From Candidatus Eiseniibacteriota bacterium (GTDB lineage: Bacteria > Eisenbacteria > RBG-16-71-46): a stretch of DNA of 64,000 bases. Under the pieces are notes generated by a model that saw only the letters and a list, made by a program, of their open reading frames with translations, ran no database searches and was not told where the DNA came from. Each line of letters begins with the position of its first letter. The stretch's first letter is position 1. Shown here piece after piece: positions 54,140 through 64,000 of this stretch. A program made the translations under genes and the position numbers. The DNA is taken from contig CAVUWA010000010.1 in assembly GCA_963744995.1 (NCBI GenBank), forward strand, positions 704,001 to 768,000, given 5' to 3'.

Positions 54140-54478
54140 ATGGCCGAAAAGGTGAAGGCTTCGAAGGTCAAGGTGCACCAGCCGCCCGAGGGGACGACCG
54201 GTCTCGACGGGCAGTTCCACGTGTACATCTACGACGTGTTCAACAAGGAATTCATGGGCGGCAAGGCATTCGATGCGATCGAGAAGGCCGCCGCCTACCA
54301 GCGCCACGAGCAGGAACGCATCTACACGGAGCAGGAGGCCGACCCCGAACTGTTCGATCTGCCGTTCGTCTCGGCAGATCCGGATCTGATCAAGCGCGTC
54401 GCCGGGGACGCCGAATACCGCGACCGGCTCATGAAGGCGCTCGGCTCGGAAGCGCGCGGGCGCGCGAAGCACCGCTAG
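54140..54478 (+). CDS. Hypothetical protein
   Basis: GAGGAG RBS and coding-like codon bias; no recognised motif. Confidence 0.7.
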   Translation: MAEKVKASKVKVHQPPEGTTGLDGQFHVYIYDVFNKEFMGGKAFDAIEKAAAYQRHEQERIYTEQEADPELFDLPFVSADPDLIKRVAGDAEYRDRLMKALGSEARGRAKHR

Positions 54479-54587
54479 TGCGGGACCGTCGGGCCTCGAG
54501 CGGACGGGCGGCGTGCCGCGACGCGTCCGCACCGCGCCCGGCCGCTGCCTTCCGCGCACGCCGGAACGGAAGCGCGACGGAGCGGCC

Positions 54588-55400
54588 GTGATCGGCGCAT
54601 TGCTGGCCTCGCTGCTCGCGGTCGCGGCGTTCCATGACACGACGTCGCGGGTGCCGGGAACGACGCTGCGCTTCGGCGCCGAATCCGGACGCTTCGGCGC
54701 GGCGCAGGGCTTTCAGCCGACCGCGCAGCAGCAGCCGCCCGACCAGCAGGCACGCGAGGGCGCGCTGCGCTTCTTCGGCATCGACGCGCAGGCGACGCTG
54801 AAGTTCCGCGACCGCCGGCTGGTACAGGCGGCGTTCGTCATCGAGAGCGCGTCACCGCAGCAGATCGCCTACATCGGCGACGACCTGGTGCGGCGCGGTT
54901 ACCACCGGAGGTGCACGGTGCTCACCCGCGAGCGCAGTCGGTGCACGTGGCTCGGCGCGACGCACGTGGAGATGACACGCGACGGCGGCAGGATCTCGGC
55001 GAAGATCCTGCCGCTGACCGCGGAAGAGCGCGCGGCGCGCGGCGGATCGCCGGCGCTGGCAGCGGCGCCCGCCGACACCGGCAGGTACGGCATGCCGATG
55101 CGCCCGGACACGCTCGCCCTGCCGCCCGGCTGGAGCGGCGAATCGTTCCTCATCGCGTCGGCGCCGCTCCCGGCGTACCCGGCTTCCGCGCGCGCCGCCG
55201 GCGTACAGGGCATCGTGCGCACGCTCGCGCGCGTGGATACCAGCGGCGCGGTCGTGGACGTGCAGATCACCCGCAGCATCGCCGAGCTGGACTCGGCCGC
55301 GATCGCCACGGTGCGCGCGATGCGCTTCCGGCCGCTCACGCGTGACGGGCGCCCCGCAGGCGGCTGGGTGCGCGTCCCCGTGACGTTCCTGCTCCATTGA
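54588..55400 (+). CDS. TonB C-terminal domain protein
   Basis: P.YP..AR..GVQG.V....VD..G.V...LDSAA...V..MRF.P; start uncertain. Confidence 0.75.
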   Translation: MIGALLASLLAVAAFHDTTSRVPGTTLRFGAESGRFGAAQGFQPTAQQQPPDQQAREGALRFFGIDAQATLKFRDRRLVQAAFVIESASPQQIAYIGDDLVRRGYHRRCTVLTRERSRCTWLGATHVEMTRDGGRISAKILPLTAEERAARGGSPALAAAPADTGRYGMPMRPDTLALPPGWSGESFLIASAPLPAYPASARAAGVQGIVRTLARVDTSGAVVDVQITRSIAELDSAAIATVRAMRFRPLTRDGRPAGGWVRVPVTFLLH

Positions 55401-55402
55401 CC

Positions 55403-57175
55403 ATGCGCCTCGTCACCGCCGAAGAAATGCGGGCCATGGACCGCGCCACCATCGACGGCGGCCACGTGTCCGGCGAGATGCTCATGGAGCGCGCCGGCGC
55501 GGGCGTGGTGCGGGCGATGAGCGGGCGCTACGGCCCGCTGCTCGCCATGCGCGTGCTGGTGCTGTGCGGCCGCGGCAACAACGGCGGCGACGGCTTCGTC
55601 GCGGCGCGCGCGCTGCAGCACGCGGGCGCGATCCCGCACGTGGTCGTGCTCGGCGATGCGGCTAAGATCGCCGGCGACGCGCGTACCCACCTGTGGGCGA
55701 TGCGCGACGACGGCGTCGTGCCGGTGCCCGTGCAGTCGGACGCCGATCTCGCCGAGGCCGCGCGGGGCGAGTGGGACTTCGCGCTCGACGCCATGCTCGG
55801 CACCGGCGCCGAGGGCGCCCCGCGCGGTCTGTTCGCGGCGGGCGTCGAGATCCTGCGGACGCTGGACGATCGCGGCGTGCGCGTGGTCGCGGTGGACCTG
55901 CCCACCGGGCTCGACGCCGACCACGGCACGATCGCGCGCCGCACGGTGCGCGCCGACCTCACGGTCACCTTCGGCGCCCCGAAGCGCGGGCAGTACCTCT
56001 ACCCCGGGCGCGCGTTCGTCGGCGCGCTCGAGGTCGTGGACATCGGCCTCGTCGAAACGCCCGATCCGCGTGCGCTCGAACTGGCCACCGAGGAAACGAT
56101 GGCCGCGCTCGTGCCGCTGCGCGATCCGCGCGCGCACAAGGGCTCGGCCGGACGCCTGCTGGTGATCGGCGGTTCGGCCGGCATGACCGGCTCGGTGACG
56201 CTCGCCGCGCGCACCGCGAACCGCGGCGGCGCGGGCTACGTGCGCGCCGCGGTGCCGCAGAGTCTCGCCGACATCCTCGCCATCAAGCTCACCGAGGAGA
56301 TCGCGCTCGCGATGCCGGAGACGCGCGAGCGCTCGCTCGACCGCAAGGCGCTGAAGCCGTTGCTCGAGGCCGCGGGCGAGTCGCACGCGGTGGTGCTCGG
56401 CCCCGGGATGTCGCGCGTCCCGGAGTCCGCCGCGCTCGCGCGCAGGCTCGCCGCGAAGATCATGACGCCGCTGCTGATCGACGCCGACGGGCTCAACGCG
56501 TTCGACGGTCACCTGGGCGACCTGCGCAGCCTCGGCGTGCCGCTGGTGCTGACCCCGCATCTCGGCGAGCTGTCACGGCTCTCGGGCGAGAGCCCGGCGT
56601 CGCTCGAGGCGCGGCGCATCGACGCCGCGCGCGAGTATGCCTGGGCGTTCCGCGCGGTGCTGGTCATGAAGGGGGCGCCCACGGTGATCGCCGCCCCCGA
56701 CGGCCGCGCCACGGTGAATCCCAACGGCAACCCCGGCATGGCGACGCTCGGCGCCGGCGACGTGCTGTCGGGTACGATCGGTGCGCTGCTCGCGCAGGGG
56801 CTCGAGGCCTACGACGCGGCGCGGCTCGGGGTGTGGGTGCACGGTGCGGCGGGAGACATCGCGGCCGCGAAGCTCGGCGTGCACGGCGTGACGGCGAGCG
56901 ATCTGGTCCGCGCCGTGCCGCTCGCGCTGCGCGATCTCGTGGCGCGCCGCGAGGAGGCCCGGCCGCAGCGCGCGGCCGAAGCGGCCGAGGCCCCGCACGA
57001 CCCGGCCCGCGCGGCAGCGCCCGGCAGGACCCCGGCCGGTCCACCCGCGGCGCGCCGGCAGGCCGCGTCCCGGGGCGCCGCGACCGGGACACCCGCGCGG
57101 CGGAAGCCGCCCGCCCGCAGCCGCGCGAGGGCAACCCCGCGGGGTGCGCCCGCCTCCCGGCGCAAGAAGAAATGA
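55403..57175 (+). CDS. nnr: Bifunctional NAD(P)HX epimerase/dehydratase
   Basis: LMERAG, GNNGGDG, DLPTG, HKG..G, DADGLN, TPHLGE and GAGDVL. Confidence 0.93.
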   Translation: MRLVTAEEMRAMDRATIDGGHVSGEMLMERAGAGVVRAMSGRYGPLLAMRVLVLCGRGNNGGDGFVAARALQHAGAIPHVVVLGDAAKIAGDARTHLWAMRDDGVVPVPVQSDADLAEAARGEWDFALDAMLGTGAEGAPRGLFAAGVEILRTLDDRGVRVVAVDLPTGLDADHGTIARRTVRADLTVTFGAPKRGQYLYPGRAFVGALEVVDIGLVETPDPRALELATEETMAALVPLRDPRAHKGSAGRLLVIGGSAGMTGSVTLAARTANRGGAGYVRAAVPQSLADILAIKLTEEIALAMPETRERSLDRKALKPLLEAAGESHAVVLGPGMSRVPESAALARRLAAKIMTPLLIDADGLNAFDGHLGDLRSLGVPLVLTPHLGELSRLSGESPASLEARRIDAAREYAWAFRAVLVMKGAPTVIAAPDGRATVNPNGNPGMATLGAGDVLSGTIGALLAQGLEAYDAARLGVWVHGAAGDIAAAKLGVHGVTASDLVRAVPLALRDLVARREEARPQRAAEAAEAPHDPARAAAPGRTPAGPPAARRQAASRGAATGTPARRKPPARSRARATPRGAPASRRKKK

Positions 57176-57228
57176 ACAGGGCCCGCGCGGTGGGCGCGGG
57201 CCCTGCAAACTTCGAAACGAGCGCTGGT

Positions 57229-57552
57229 CTAGAAGTGCGGCTGGAGCTTCTGCAACAGCATGTTCTTCGGATATGCGCCGATCAGGCGCTCGACCACGTC
57301 GCCGTTCTTGAACAGCAGCAGGGTCGGGATGCTCTGGACGCCGTATCGGCTGGACACGTCGGGATTTTCGTCGACGTCCACCTTCACGACCTTGAGCTTG
57401 CCGGCGTATTCGATCGCCAGCTCCTCGACGGTCGGGGCGACCGCCCGGCACGGGCCGCACCAGGCCGCCCAGAAGTCCACCAGTACGGGAACCGAGGACT
57501 GCACGACCTCGGTATCGAAGCTCTGCTCGGTGACCGCCACCGCGTTACCCAT
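57229..57552 (-). CDS. trxA: Thioredoxin
   Basis: VDFWAAWCGPC and SIPT. Confidence 0.97.
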   Translation of the reverse strand: MGNAVAVTEQSFDTEVVQSSVPVLVDFWAAWCGPCRAVAPTVEELAIEYAGKLKVVKVDVDENPDVSSRYGVQSIPTLLLFKNGDVVERLIGAYPKNMLLQKLQPHF

Positions 57553-57815
57553 GTTCCATACCCCCTTGACCAGTTCGCTCGATGATGTCTTTTCAAACGC
57601 CCCTTCGGATGCCTGCCGGGACCGGATCGGTGCAAATCCGCTCGCGGTACCTTGGTGGCACGGGTTGTCAGAACGTTGTCAACCAGTAGCACGCGCCGGG
57701 GCCCGCTGGCCAGCCGGCTCCCGATGGGCGAAGCGGCGCATCCAAGACGTGCCCGGCGGCGGCCTGTCACGGCGCGCGGGGCCCGGCAGAGTGATCGACC
57801 CGAAGGACCCGTGAC

Positions 57816-58517
57816 TTGATTCCGATCCGCGACGACAACCCGGCCCTGCGCACGCCCGTCGTGACGCGCGCGCTGATCGCGGCGAACGCGCTGCTGTTCC
57901 TGTTCGAACTGACGCTCGGCCCCGAGCTGCGTCCGTTCATGTTCCACTGGGGCATGGTGCCGCTCAGGCTCACCGCCGCGCTGCGCACCGGCTACGAGCC
58001 CGTGCTGCTGCCCGCCGCGACGCTGCTCACTTCGACGTTCCTGCACGGCGGCTGGCTGCACCTGATCGGGAACATGTGGTACCTGTGGATCTTCGGTGAC
58101 AACATCGAAGACCGCCTGGGCCACGCGCGCTTCCTGCTGTTCTACCTGGCCGGCGGTATCGCGGCCGGGTTCATCCATTACCTCTCCGCCGCCTCGTCCG
58201 CGGTGCCGACCGTGGGCGCCAGCGGCGCGATCGCCGCGGTGCTGGGCGCCTACCTCGTCGCCTTCCCGCGCGCCCGGGTCCTGACGCTGGTGCCGATCTT
58301 CATCTTCCTGCAGTTCATCTGGCTGCCGGCGGTGCTGGTGCTGGGTCTGTGGTTCGTGTTCCAGTTCTTCAGCGGCGCCCTGTCGCTCGGCGCGAGCGGC
58401 GGCGGGATCGCGTGGTGGGCGCACATCGGCGGCTTCGTATTCGGCATGGTGGTGATGAAGCTGTTCGGCGGCCGGCCGCGCCGCCCCTGGCCGCCCCCGG
58501 AGGTGTGGGTGGAATAG
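57816..58517 (+). CDS. Rhomboid family intramembrane serine protease
   Basis: IPIRDDNP, FLHGGWLHLIGNM, GASGA and WAHIGGF. Confidence 0.93.
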   Translation: MIPIRDDNPALRTPVVTRALIAANALLFLFELTLGPELRPFMFHWGMVPLRLTAALRTGYEPVLLPAATLLTSTFLHGGWLHLIGNMWYLWIFGDNIEDRLGHARFLLFYLAGGIAAGFIHYLSAASSAVPTVGASGAIAAVLGAYLVAFPRARVLTLVPIFIFLQFIWLPAVLVLGLWFVFQFFSGALSLGASGGGIAWWAHIGGFVFGMVVMKLFGGRPRRPWPPPEVWVE

Positions 58518-58695
58518 TGCGGGGCGGCGCAGCCCGACTTCGCTCCGGTCCACTTTTCGCGGCCTTCCACATGGTTTAGCATCGATCCCCGCCACACTCC
58601 GGGCGAGGTCGGTGCGAGCCCGGCGCCGCGCCGGGCATCCGCCAAGCGAAGACGAGCGCGCGAACCCGGTATCCGGACCCATCAGGAGGATCGCC

Positions 58696-59919
58696 TTGCG
58701 CAAGGACATCGATCGCCTCATGCGGGAACGCGGGCTCGCCGGGCTCGTGATCTTCGCTAACGACCGTTTCTCGCCGGCGCTCTACTACGTGACCGGCCAG
58801 CGCCTGCACAAGGCCGTGTACTTCCGCGGCGCGAACGGTCAGGCCTACCTGATCCACGATCCGATGGAGCGTGACCAGGCGGAGCTGGCGGGCTGCGAGC
58901 ACGCGCCGTTCTCGCAGCACGGCTGGAACCGGATCATCGAGGAGGAGACCGGCTCGGCCGCCTCGCACGGTCGACTGATCGGGGAGTCGCTGTCCACGCT
59001 CGGCATGAGCGGCCCGGTCGCCTTCTACGGCGAGGTGGACGCCGGCTACGGCTGGCAGATGATCCAGCGCATCCGCCAGATCGCGCCGTCGGTCGATGTC
59101 GACACCTCGCATCCCGACGTGCTGACACTGGCCCGCGCCACCAAGGACCCGGACGAGATCGACGCCATCCGCCGCACGTCGGTGGGCAACGTCGCGGCGC
59201 TCAACCGAGTGGTGGACTTCCTGCGCACCGTGAAGCGCGACGGCGACCACTTCCGCGCCGGCGGCAAGGGCCACGTGAAGCTCGGCGACCTGCGCCGGCT
59301 GATCCATCAGACCTTCATGGATCATCAGCTCGCCGAAGACGGCGCGAGCATCGTCTCGCAGGGACGCGACGCCGGCGTGCCGCACAACACCGGCAACGAC
59401 GACGACCTGCTCACCGCGGGCGCGCCGCTGCTGATCGACATCTTCCCGGTCGAGGGCGCGGGTGGCTACCACAGCGACATGACGCGCACCTACTGCCTGG
59501 GCCCCGCGCCCGACGAGCTGAAGAAGACCTATGCCCAGGTGCGCGAGGCGTTCGACATCGCCATGGGCGAGATGAAGGTCGGCGCGTCGTGCCGCGGCTA
59601 CCAGGACCGCGTGTGCGACGTGTTCGAGAAGTTCGGTCACGCGACGCCGCGCTCGAAACCCGGCACGCAGGAAGGCTACGTGCACGGCCTCGGCCACGGC
59701 ATCGGGCTGGCGGTGCACGAAGCGCCGAGCCTCGGCGGCCCGGCGTCCAACACGACGACGCTCCAGCCCGGCCACGCGATCACGGTCGAGCCGGGCCTCT
59801 ACTACCCCGAGCGCGGCATCGGCGTGCGCATCGAGGACCTGATCGTGATGGGCGCGGACGGCACGTACGAGAACATGACCGCGGCCGCGCCCTACGACCT
59901 GGAGATCGAGACCGCCTGA
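58696..59919 (+). CDS. M24 Xaa-Pro peptidase
   Basis: PH, DIFP, SDMTRT, HGLGHGIGL.VHE, EPGLY and RIED; TTG after AGGAGG. Confidence 0.9.
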   Translation: MRKDIDRLMRERGLAGLVIFANDRFSPALYYVTGQRLHKAVYFRGANGQAYLIHDPMERDQAELAGCEHAPFSQHGWNRIIEEETGSAASHGRLIGESLSTLGMSGPVAFYGEVDAGYGWQMIQRIRQIAPSVDVDTSHPDVLTLARATKDPDEIDAIRRTSVGNVAALNRVVDFLRTVKRDGDHFRAGGKGHVKLGDLRRLIHQTFMDHQLAEDGASIVSQGRDAGVPHNTGNDDDLLTAGAPLLIDIFPVEGAGGYHSDMTRTYCLGPAPDELKKTYAQVREAFDIAMGEMKVGASCRGYQDRVCDVFEKFGHATPRSKPGTQEGYVHGLGHGIGLAVHEAPSLGGPASNTTTLQPGHAITVEPGLYYPERGIGVRIEDLIVMGADGTYENMTAAAPYDLEIETA

Positions 59920-61682
59920 TGAGCGCACCCCGCGGACGCAGCCGCCGCGCGAGCCACGCCTCGCTCGAGAAGACCGCTTCGAAGCGCACGACGCCGGCCG
60001 CAGTGCCGGGCTCGGACGCCGCACGCCACACCCAGCGCCGCGGCGGCCGCGCGATGGTGGACATCTGGAATCCGCCGCGCCGCGAGCGCGCCGTGCTGGT
60101 GGGCCATGCCGGCGTGGACGGCGCCGATCTCGACCGTTCGCTCGACGAGCTGGCGCTGCTCGCCGACACCGCGGGCGCCGAGGTGCACGGCACGGTGATC
60201 CAGCGCCGCGGTCGCATCAGCCCGAAGTCCTTCATCGGCAAGGGCAAGCTCCAGGAGCTGAAGGAAGCCGCCGGCGGGCGCGACGCCGATCTGGTGATCT
60301 TCAACGACGACCTGTCGCCGCCGCAGATCCGCAATCTCGAGAAGGCCCTCGAGCGCAAGGTCGTGGACCGCTCCGAACTGATCCTCGACATCTTCGCGCG
60401 CCGCGCGCGGACCCGGGAATCGCGGCTGCAGGTCGAGCTCGCACAGCTCCAGTACCAGCTGCCGCGCCTGACCGGCATGTGGAAGCACCTCGAGCGCCAG
60501 GCCGGCGGGATCGGCACGCGCGGCCCCGGCGAGACGCAGCTCGAAGTCGACCGCCGCCGCGTGCGCGAGCGTATCGCCGGCCTGCGCCGCCAGCTCGACG
60601 GCGTCGAGAAGGAACGCGAGACCCAGCGCCGCCGCCGCCGCGGCGAGTTCCGCGCCGCGCTGGTCGGCTACACCAACGCCGGCAAGAGCACGCTGTTCAA
60701 CGCGCTCACCCGCGCCGAGGTGTTCGTCGAGAACCGCCTGTTCGCCACGCTCGACGCCACCACGCGGCAGATGGTGAGCGCCGACCGCACCGTGGCGCTG
60801 CTCACCGACACGGTCGGGTTCATCCGCAAGCTGCCGCACCATCTGGTCGCCTCGTTCCACAGCACGCTCGCCGAGGCGATCGAAGCCGACCTGCTGCTGC
60901 ACGTGGTGGACGTCGCCGATCCGGACTATGCCCGCCAGATCCGCGCGGTCGAGGACGTGCTCGACGGACTGCTCGACACGCCGCGGCCGACGCAGCTGGT
61001 GTTCAACAAGATCGACCTCGTGAAGGATGCGGACGCGCTCGCCGGCGTGCGCGCCCGGCATCCCGGCGCGGCGCTGGTCTCGGCGCTCGACGGCGAAGGT
61101 CTCGACGTGCTGCGCGCGCAGCTCTGGGGCCTCGCCGCCGAGCGGCGCCGCGCCTCGGTGGCGGCCGCGGCGCGACGTCCGGCCGCGACCCGGACCGCCC
61201 GGGAGGCGGACGCCGGCGCGCCGCGGCACACGCTGATGTTCGAAGCGACGCTCCAGGCCGGCGCCGAGCAGGTGTTCCGCGCGCTGACCGAGCCGCATCA
61301 CCTCGAAGCCTGGTTCTGCGACCACGCTCGAACCGGTCGCGGCCCGGAGGAGCCGGTTCGATTCGAGTGGATACGCCCCGGCGCGACGGCGGAGCCGTTC
61401 AGTGGCCGCTGGGTCGAATGGAAGCCGTTCGTCTCGTGCGCCTACGAAGGCGGGCACGCCGGCTACCCCGGCGGCTACGCCGGCCGCGTCGCGTTCAGTC
61501 TCGACCCCGCGGGGCCGCGCGCCACGCTGTTGATCGTCCACCACACCCTGCCCGCGACGCCCGAGTACGCGGAGTGGTTCGAAACCTACCGCGGCGCCTG
61601 GCCGCGCGCGCTCGCCCGGCTCGGCGAATACGTCATGCCGCACGACCGCGCCACCATCGCTTCCGCACGGGAGAGTTCATGA
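59919..61682 (+). CDS. hflX: GTPase HflX with C-terminal SRPBCC/AHSA1-like domain
   Basis: GPGETQLEVDRR, GYTNAGKS, DTVGF and NKID; then VFRALTEP..L..WF...GAW...L.RL..YV. Confidence 0.9.
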   Translation: MSAPRGRSRRASHASLEKTASKRTTPAAVPGSDAARHTQRRGGRAMVDIWNPPRRERAVLVGHAGVDGADLDRSLDELALLADTAGAEVHGTVIQRRGRISPKSFIGKGKLQELKEAAGGRDADLVIFNDDLSPPQIRNLEKALERKVVDRSELILDIFARRARTRESRLQVELAQLQYQLPRLTGMWKHLERQAGGIGTRGPGETQLEVDRRRVRERIAGLRRQLDGVEKERETQRRRRRGEFRAALVGYTNAGKSTLFNALTRAEVFVENRLFATLDATTRQMVSADRTVALLTDTVGFIRKLPHHLVASFHSTLAEAIEADLLLHVVDVADPDYARQIRAVEDVLDGLLDTPRPTQLVFNKIDLVKDADALAGVRARHPGAALVSALDGEGLDVLRAQLWGLAAERRRASVAAAARRPAATRTAREADAGAPRHTLMFEATLQAGAEQVFRALTEPHHLEAWFCDHARTGRGPEEPVRFEWIRPGATAEPFSGRWVEWKPFVSCAYEGGHAGYPGGYAGRVAFSLDPAGPRATLLIVHHTLPATPEYAEWFETYRGAWPRALARLGEYVMPHDRATIASARESS

Positions 61683-62521
61683 AGACCGCGACCCGCACGC
61701 TGCGCTTCGGCCACAGCCCCGACGCCGACGACGCCTACATGTTCTACGGCTTCCACGAGGGGCTCGCCGCGATCCCCGGCCACGAGGTCGAGCACGTGCT
61801 GCAGGACATCCAGAGCCTCAACCGCCGCGCGCTCGAGAAGGCGGACCTCGAGATCACCGCGGTCTCCGCGCACGCATACGCGTTCCTCGCCGACCGCTAC
61901 GCCGTGCTCGCCTGCGGCGCGTCCATGGGCATGGGCTACGGTCCGGTCGTGGTGGCGAAGGCGCCGGTCGAGCTGCAGGCGCTCGCGGGGAAGCGCGTGG
62001 CGGTCCCCGGGGCGATGACCACGGCCGCGCTGCTGCTCAGGATGGAGTGCCCGGACTGCGTTCCGGTCGAGGTGATGTTCGACGAGATCCCGGCCGCCGT
62101 CGCGAAAGGCGAATACGACGCGGGGGTGATCATCCACGAGAGCCAGCTCACCTACCGCGACGAGGGCCTGGTGAAGGTGCTGGACTTCGGCGAGCTGTGG
62201 CTCGAGCGCGACGGTCTGCCCGTGCCGCTTGGCCTCGACGTCGTGCGCCGCGACCTCGGCGAAGACGTGATGCGCGCGGTGAGCAAGGGCTTCCGCGCCA
62301 GCATCGAAGCCGCCCACGGCAACGAAGACGCCGCGATCCGCTACGCGCTCCAGTTCGGCCGCGGCCTCGACGTCCTCCAGGGCTCGAAGTTCGTCCACAT
62401 GTACGTGAACCCCCTCACCCTCGACATGGGCGATACCGGCCGCAAGGCGCTGCAGACGCTGTACCGGAGAGCCGAACAGGCCGGCGCCATCGAGAAGGCC
62501 CCTGCAATAGAGGTCTTCTAG
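61679..62521 (+). CDS. mqnD: 1,4-dihydroxy-6-naphthoate synthase (futalosine menaquinone pathway)
   Basis: GHSPDADDAYMFY, SMG.GYGP, IIHE.QLTY, PLG and MYVN. Confidence 0.85.
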   Translation: MKTATRTLRFGHSPDADDAYMFYGFHEGLAAIPGHEVEHVLQDIQSLNRRALEKADLEITAVSAHAYAFLADRYAVLACGASMGMGYGPVVVAKAPVELQALAGKRVAVPGAMTTAALLLRMECPDCVPVEVMFDEIPAAVAKGEYDAGVIIHESQLTYRDEGLVKVLDFGELWLERDGLPVPLGLDVVRRDLGEDVMRAVSKGFRASIEAAHGNEDAAIRYALQFGRGLDVLQGSKFVHMYVNPLTLDMGDTGRKALQTLYRRAEQAGAIEKAPAIEVF

Positions 62522-62643
62522 CTCCGCGCCTCACCCAGCCCCGGCCTCTCCCCCGCGGCGGTGCAGGACGTGCGTGCGCCACCGATCTCTTCCGCCATTG
62601 CACCGGAATTCGCGGGGTCACGCGTCGCGTCCGCCGCCGCGCG

Positions 62644-63273
62644 TCACAGCCGCGCGGCGAGCCACTCGCGCGCGGCTTCGACGTCGCTCATCGTGAGTCC
62701 GTGCCCGCCGGACGCGACGTGCAGCGTGACCTCGGCGCCCGCCGCGCGCAGCAGGTCGGTGAGCCGCTCCGGGTGCCCCGCCGGCACGACCGGGTCGTCG
62801 CCGCCCGCGCCGATCCAGACCGCGCGTCCCGAGAGATCCGGCGTCTCCATCGAGCGGAACGGCAGCATTGCCCTGAGCAGCACCGCGCCCTGCAGCAGAT
62901 CCGGCCGCACCAGCATCATCGCGGATGCGATGTTCGCGCCGTTCGAGAACCCGACCGCGTAGAGCGGCCGCCCCGTGAAGCCGTAGTGCGCCGCCGCCGC
63001 GCGCACGAAGTCCGCGAGCTCGCGGGCGCGGGCGGACAGGTCGTCCTCGTCGAGCACGCCCTCGGCGATCCGCCGGAACCAGCGCGGCATGCCGTTCTCA
63101 CGCACCTTGCCGCGCGGGCTCAGCCAGGCCGCGCCGGGCGCGATCATCCCCGCCAGCTGCACGAGGTCGTTCTCGTCGCCGCCGGTGCCGTGCAGGAGCA
63201 GCAGCACCGCCTGCGGCCCACCCGCGGCAGCGGGCTGGAATCGGTGCACGAAGCGGTCGATACCCTCAGCCAT
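62644..63273 (-). CDS. Alpha/beta hydrolase (MhqD-like carboxylesterase)
   Basis: LLHGTGGDE, GFSNGAN, DP.V and GH. Confidence 0.88.
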   Translation of the reverse strand: MAEGIDRFVHRFQPAAAGGPQAVLLLLHGTGGDENDLVQLAGMIAPGAAWLSPRGKVRENGMPRWFRRIAEGVLDEDDLSARARELADFVRAAAAHYGFTGRPLYAVGFSNGANIASAMMLVRPDLLQGAVLLRAMLPFRSMETPDLSGRAVWIGAGGDDPVVPAGHPERLTDLLRAAGAEVTLHVASGGHGLTMSDVEAAREWLAARL

Positions 63274-63372
63274 GGACACCATCTTTGCAGAGAGCCGCCG
63301 CGCGCGCGAGGGTGCCACGTCCCGGGGCCATGGCGCTGGTGCACGTGCCGCCGGCCAAGCTAGGCTCCGCGC

Positions 63373-64000
63373 GTGATCCACCTCCAGCGGTCCCTCGCGC
63401 GCGTTCTGCTCGTCCTCGTCCTGGTGCTCACCGCGAACGCGCTGTGGACGAACCACATCACCGCCTGGAATCCGGGCATGCGCAACCCCGTGCTCGGCTA
63501 CGACGCCGCGCAGTACGCGCTTGCCGCGCGGCACCTCGCCGAGACCGGGGAGATGGCGACCCCGTACGCCATGCCCATCGAGCTCGCGAAGCACGCGAGC
63601 CCGCCGTGGCCGCTCGCCGTGCTGCAGCCCGGGCTGGTGATCGCCGAGGCGTGGATCTTCAAGATCACGCCCAAGATCGTGCATCTGCCCGGCGTTCCGG
63701 CGATGCTGTTCAACGATCCCACGCACCGCGAGCAGCTCGTGCTGATCATCCCGTTCATCTGCTTCCTGGCGATCGGCGCTGCGTTCGGCATGGGCACCTC
63801 GCGGCTGATCCTCAAGCGCCGCCCCGAATCCTCCATCTGGCTCACCAGCCTCGCCGGCTTCGCGGTCGCGCTGCCGTTCCTGCTCGACCCCGAGGCGCAG
63901 CACTTCGCCTCGGGCGGCTTCAACGAACTGCCGTTCACGCTCGGCCTCGCGGGCGCCGTCGCCGCCATCGCGCTCGGCCGCGCCGCGCGCTATCCGCTCA
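63373..64000 (+). CDS. Membrane protein, probably a GT-C glycosyltransferase; truncated by window edge
   Basis: Not in the ORF track. GTG 63373 gives MIHLQRSLARVLLVLVLV...GYDAAQYALAARHLAETG...ELPF, open to the window end. Confidence 0.6.
   Translation, partial: MIHLQRSLARVLLVLVLVLTANALWTNHITAWNPGMRNPVLGYDAAQYALAARHLAETGEMATPYAMPIELAKHASPPWPLAVLQPGLVIAEAWIFKITPKIVHLPGVPAMLFNDPTHREQLVLIIPFICFLAIGAAFGMGTSRLILKRRPESSIWLTSLAGFAVALPFLLDPEAQHFASGGFNELPFTLGLAGAVAAIALGRAARYPL

Overview
High-GC bacterial chromosomal window (GC3-rich codon usage) from a diderm organism. An OmpA/TSP3 protein, a TonB protein, DUF4159/DUF4175, mqnD and a FlgD-Ig-like C-terminal domain suggest an FCB-related lineage such as Ca. 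Eisenbacteria; this is inference only. It holds about 50 CDS, mostly housekeeping: asnB (partial), guaB, secDF, folP-dacA-tRNA(CAU)-tilS-hpt-ftsH, fadIJ/fadD, pit, nnr, trxA, hflX and mqnD. I found no transposase, integrase, prophage or CRISPR array. The most notable observations are: (1) two related intergenic elements with about 37-bp inverted arms enclosing a shared GGAGCCAKGGATGGCGGGC core with GGA-loop hairpins; (2) a double zinc-ribbon/cold-shock fusion gene behind a consensus promoter and an attenuator-like leader of about 200 nt; (3) an exported RMDN/PTPIP51-like TPR protein coupled to the beta-oxidation genes; (4) a coupled tandem pair of exported paralogues sharing F-x-E-C-x-x-C-P, upstream of a YprA/MrfA helicase-methyltransferase-YprB/MrfB cassette; (5) an HflX-SRPBCC fusion; (6) a probable frameshift at the ftsH 3' end; and (7) further structured-RNA candidates. 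All family assignments come from reading motifs by eye, not from database searches.
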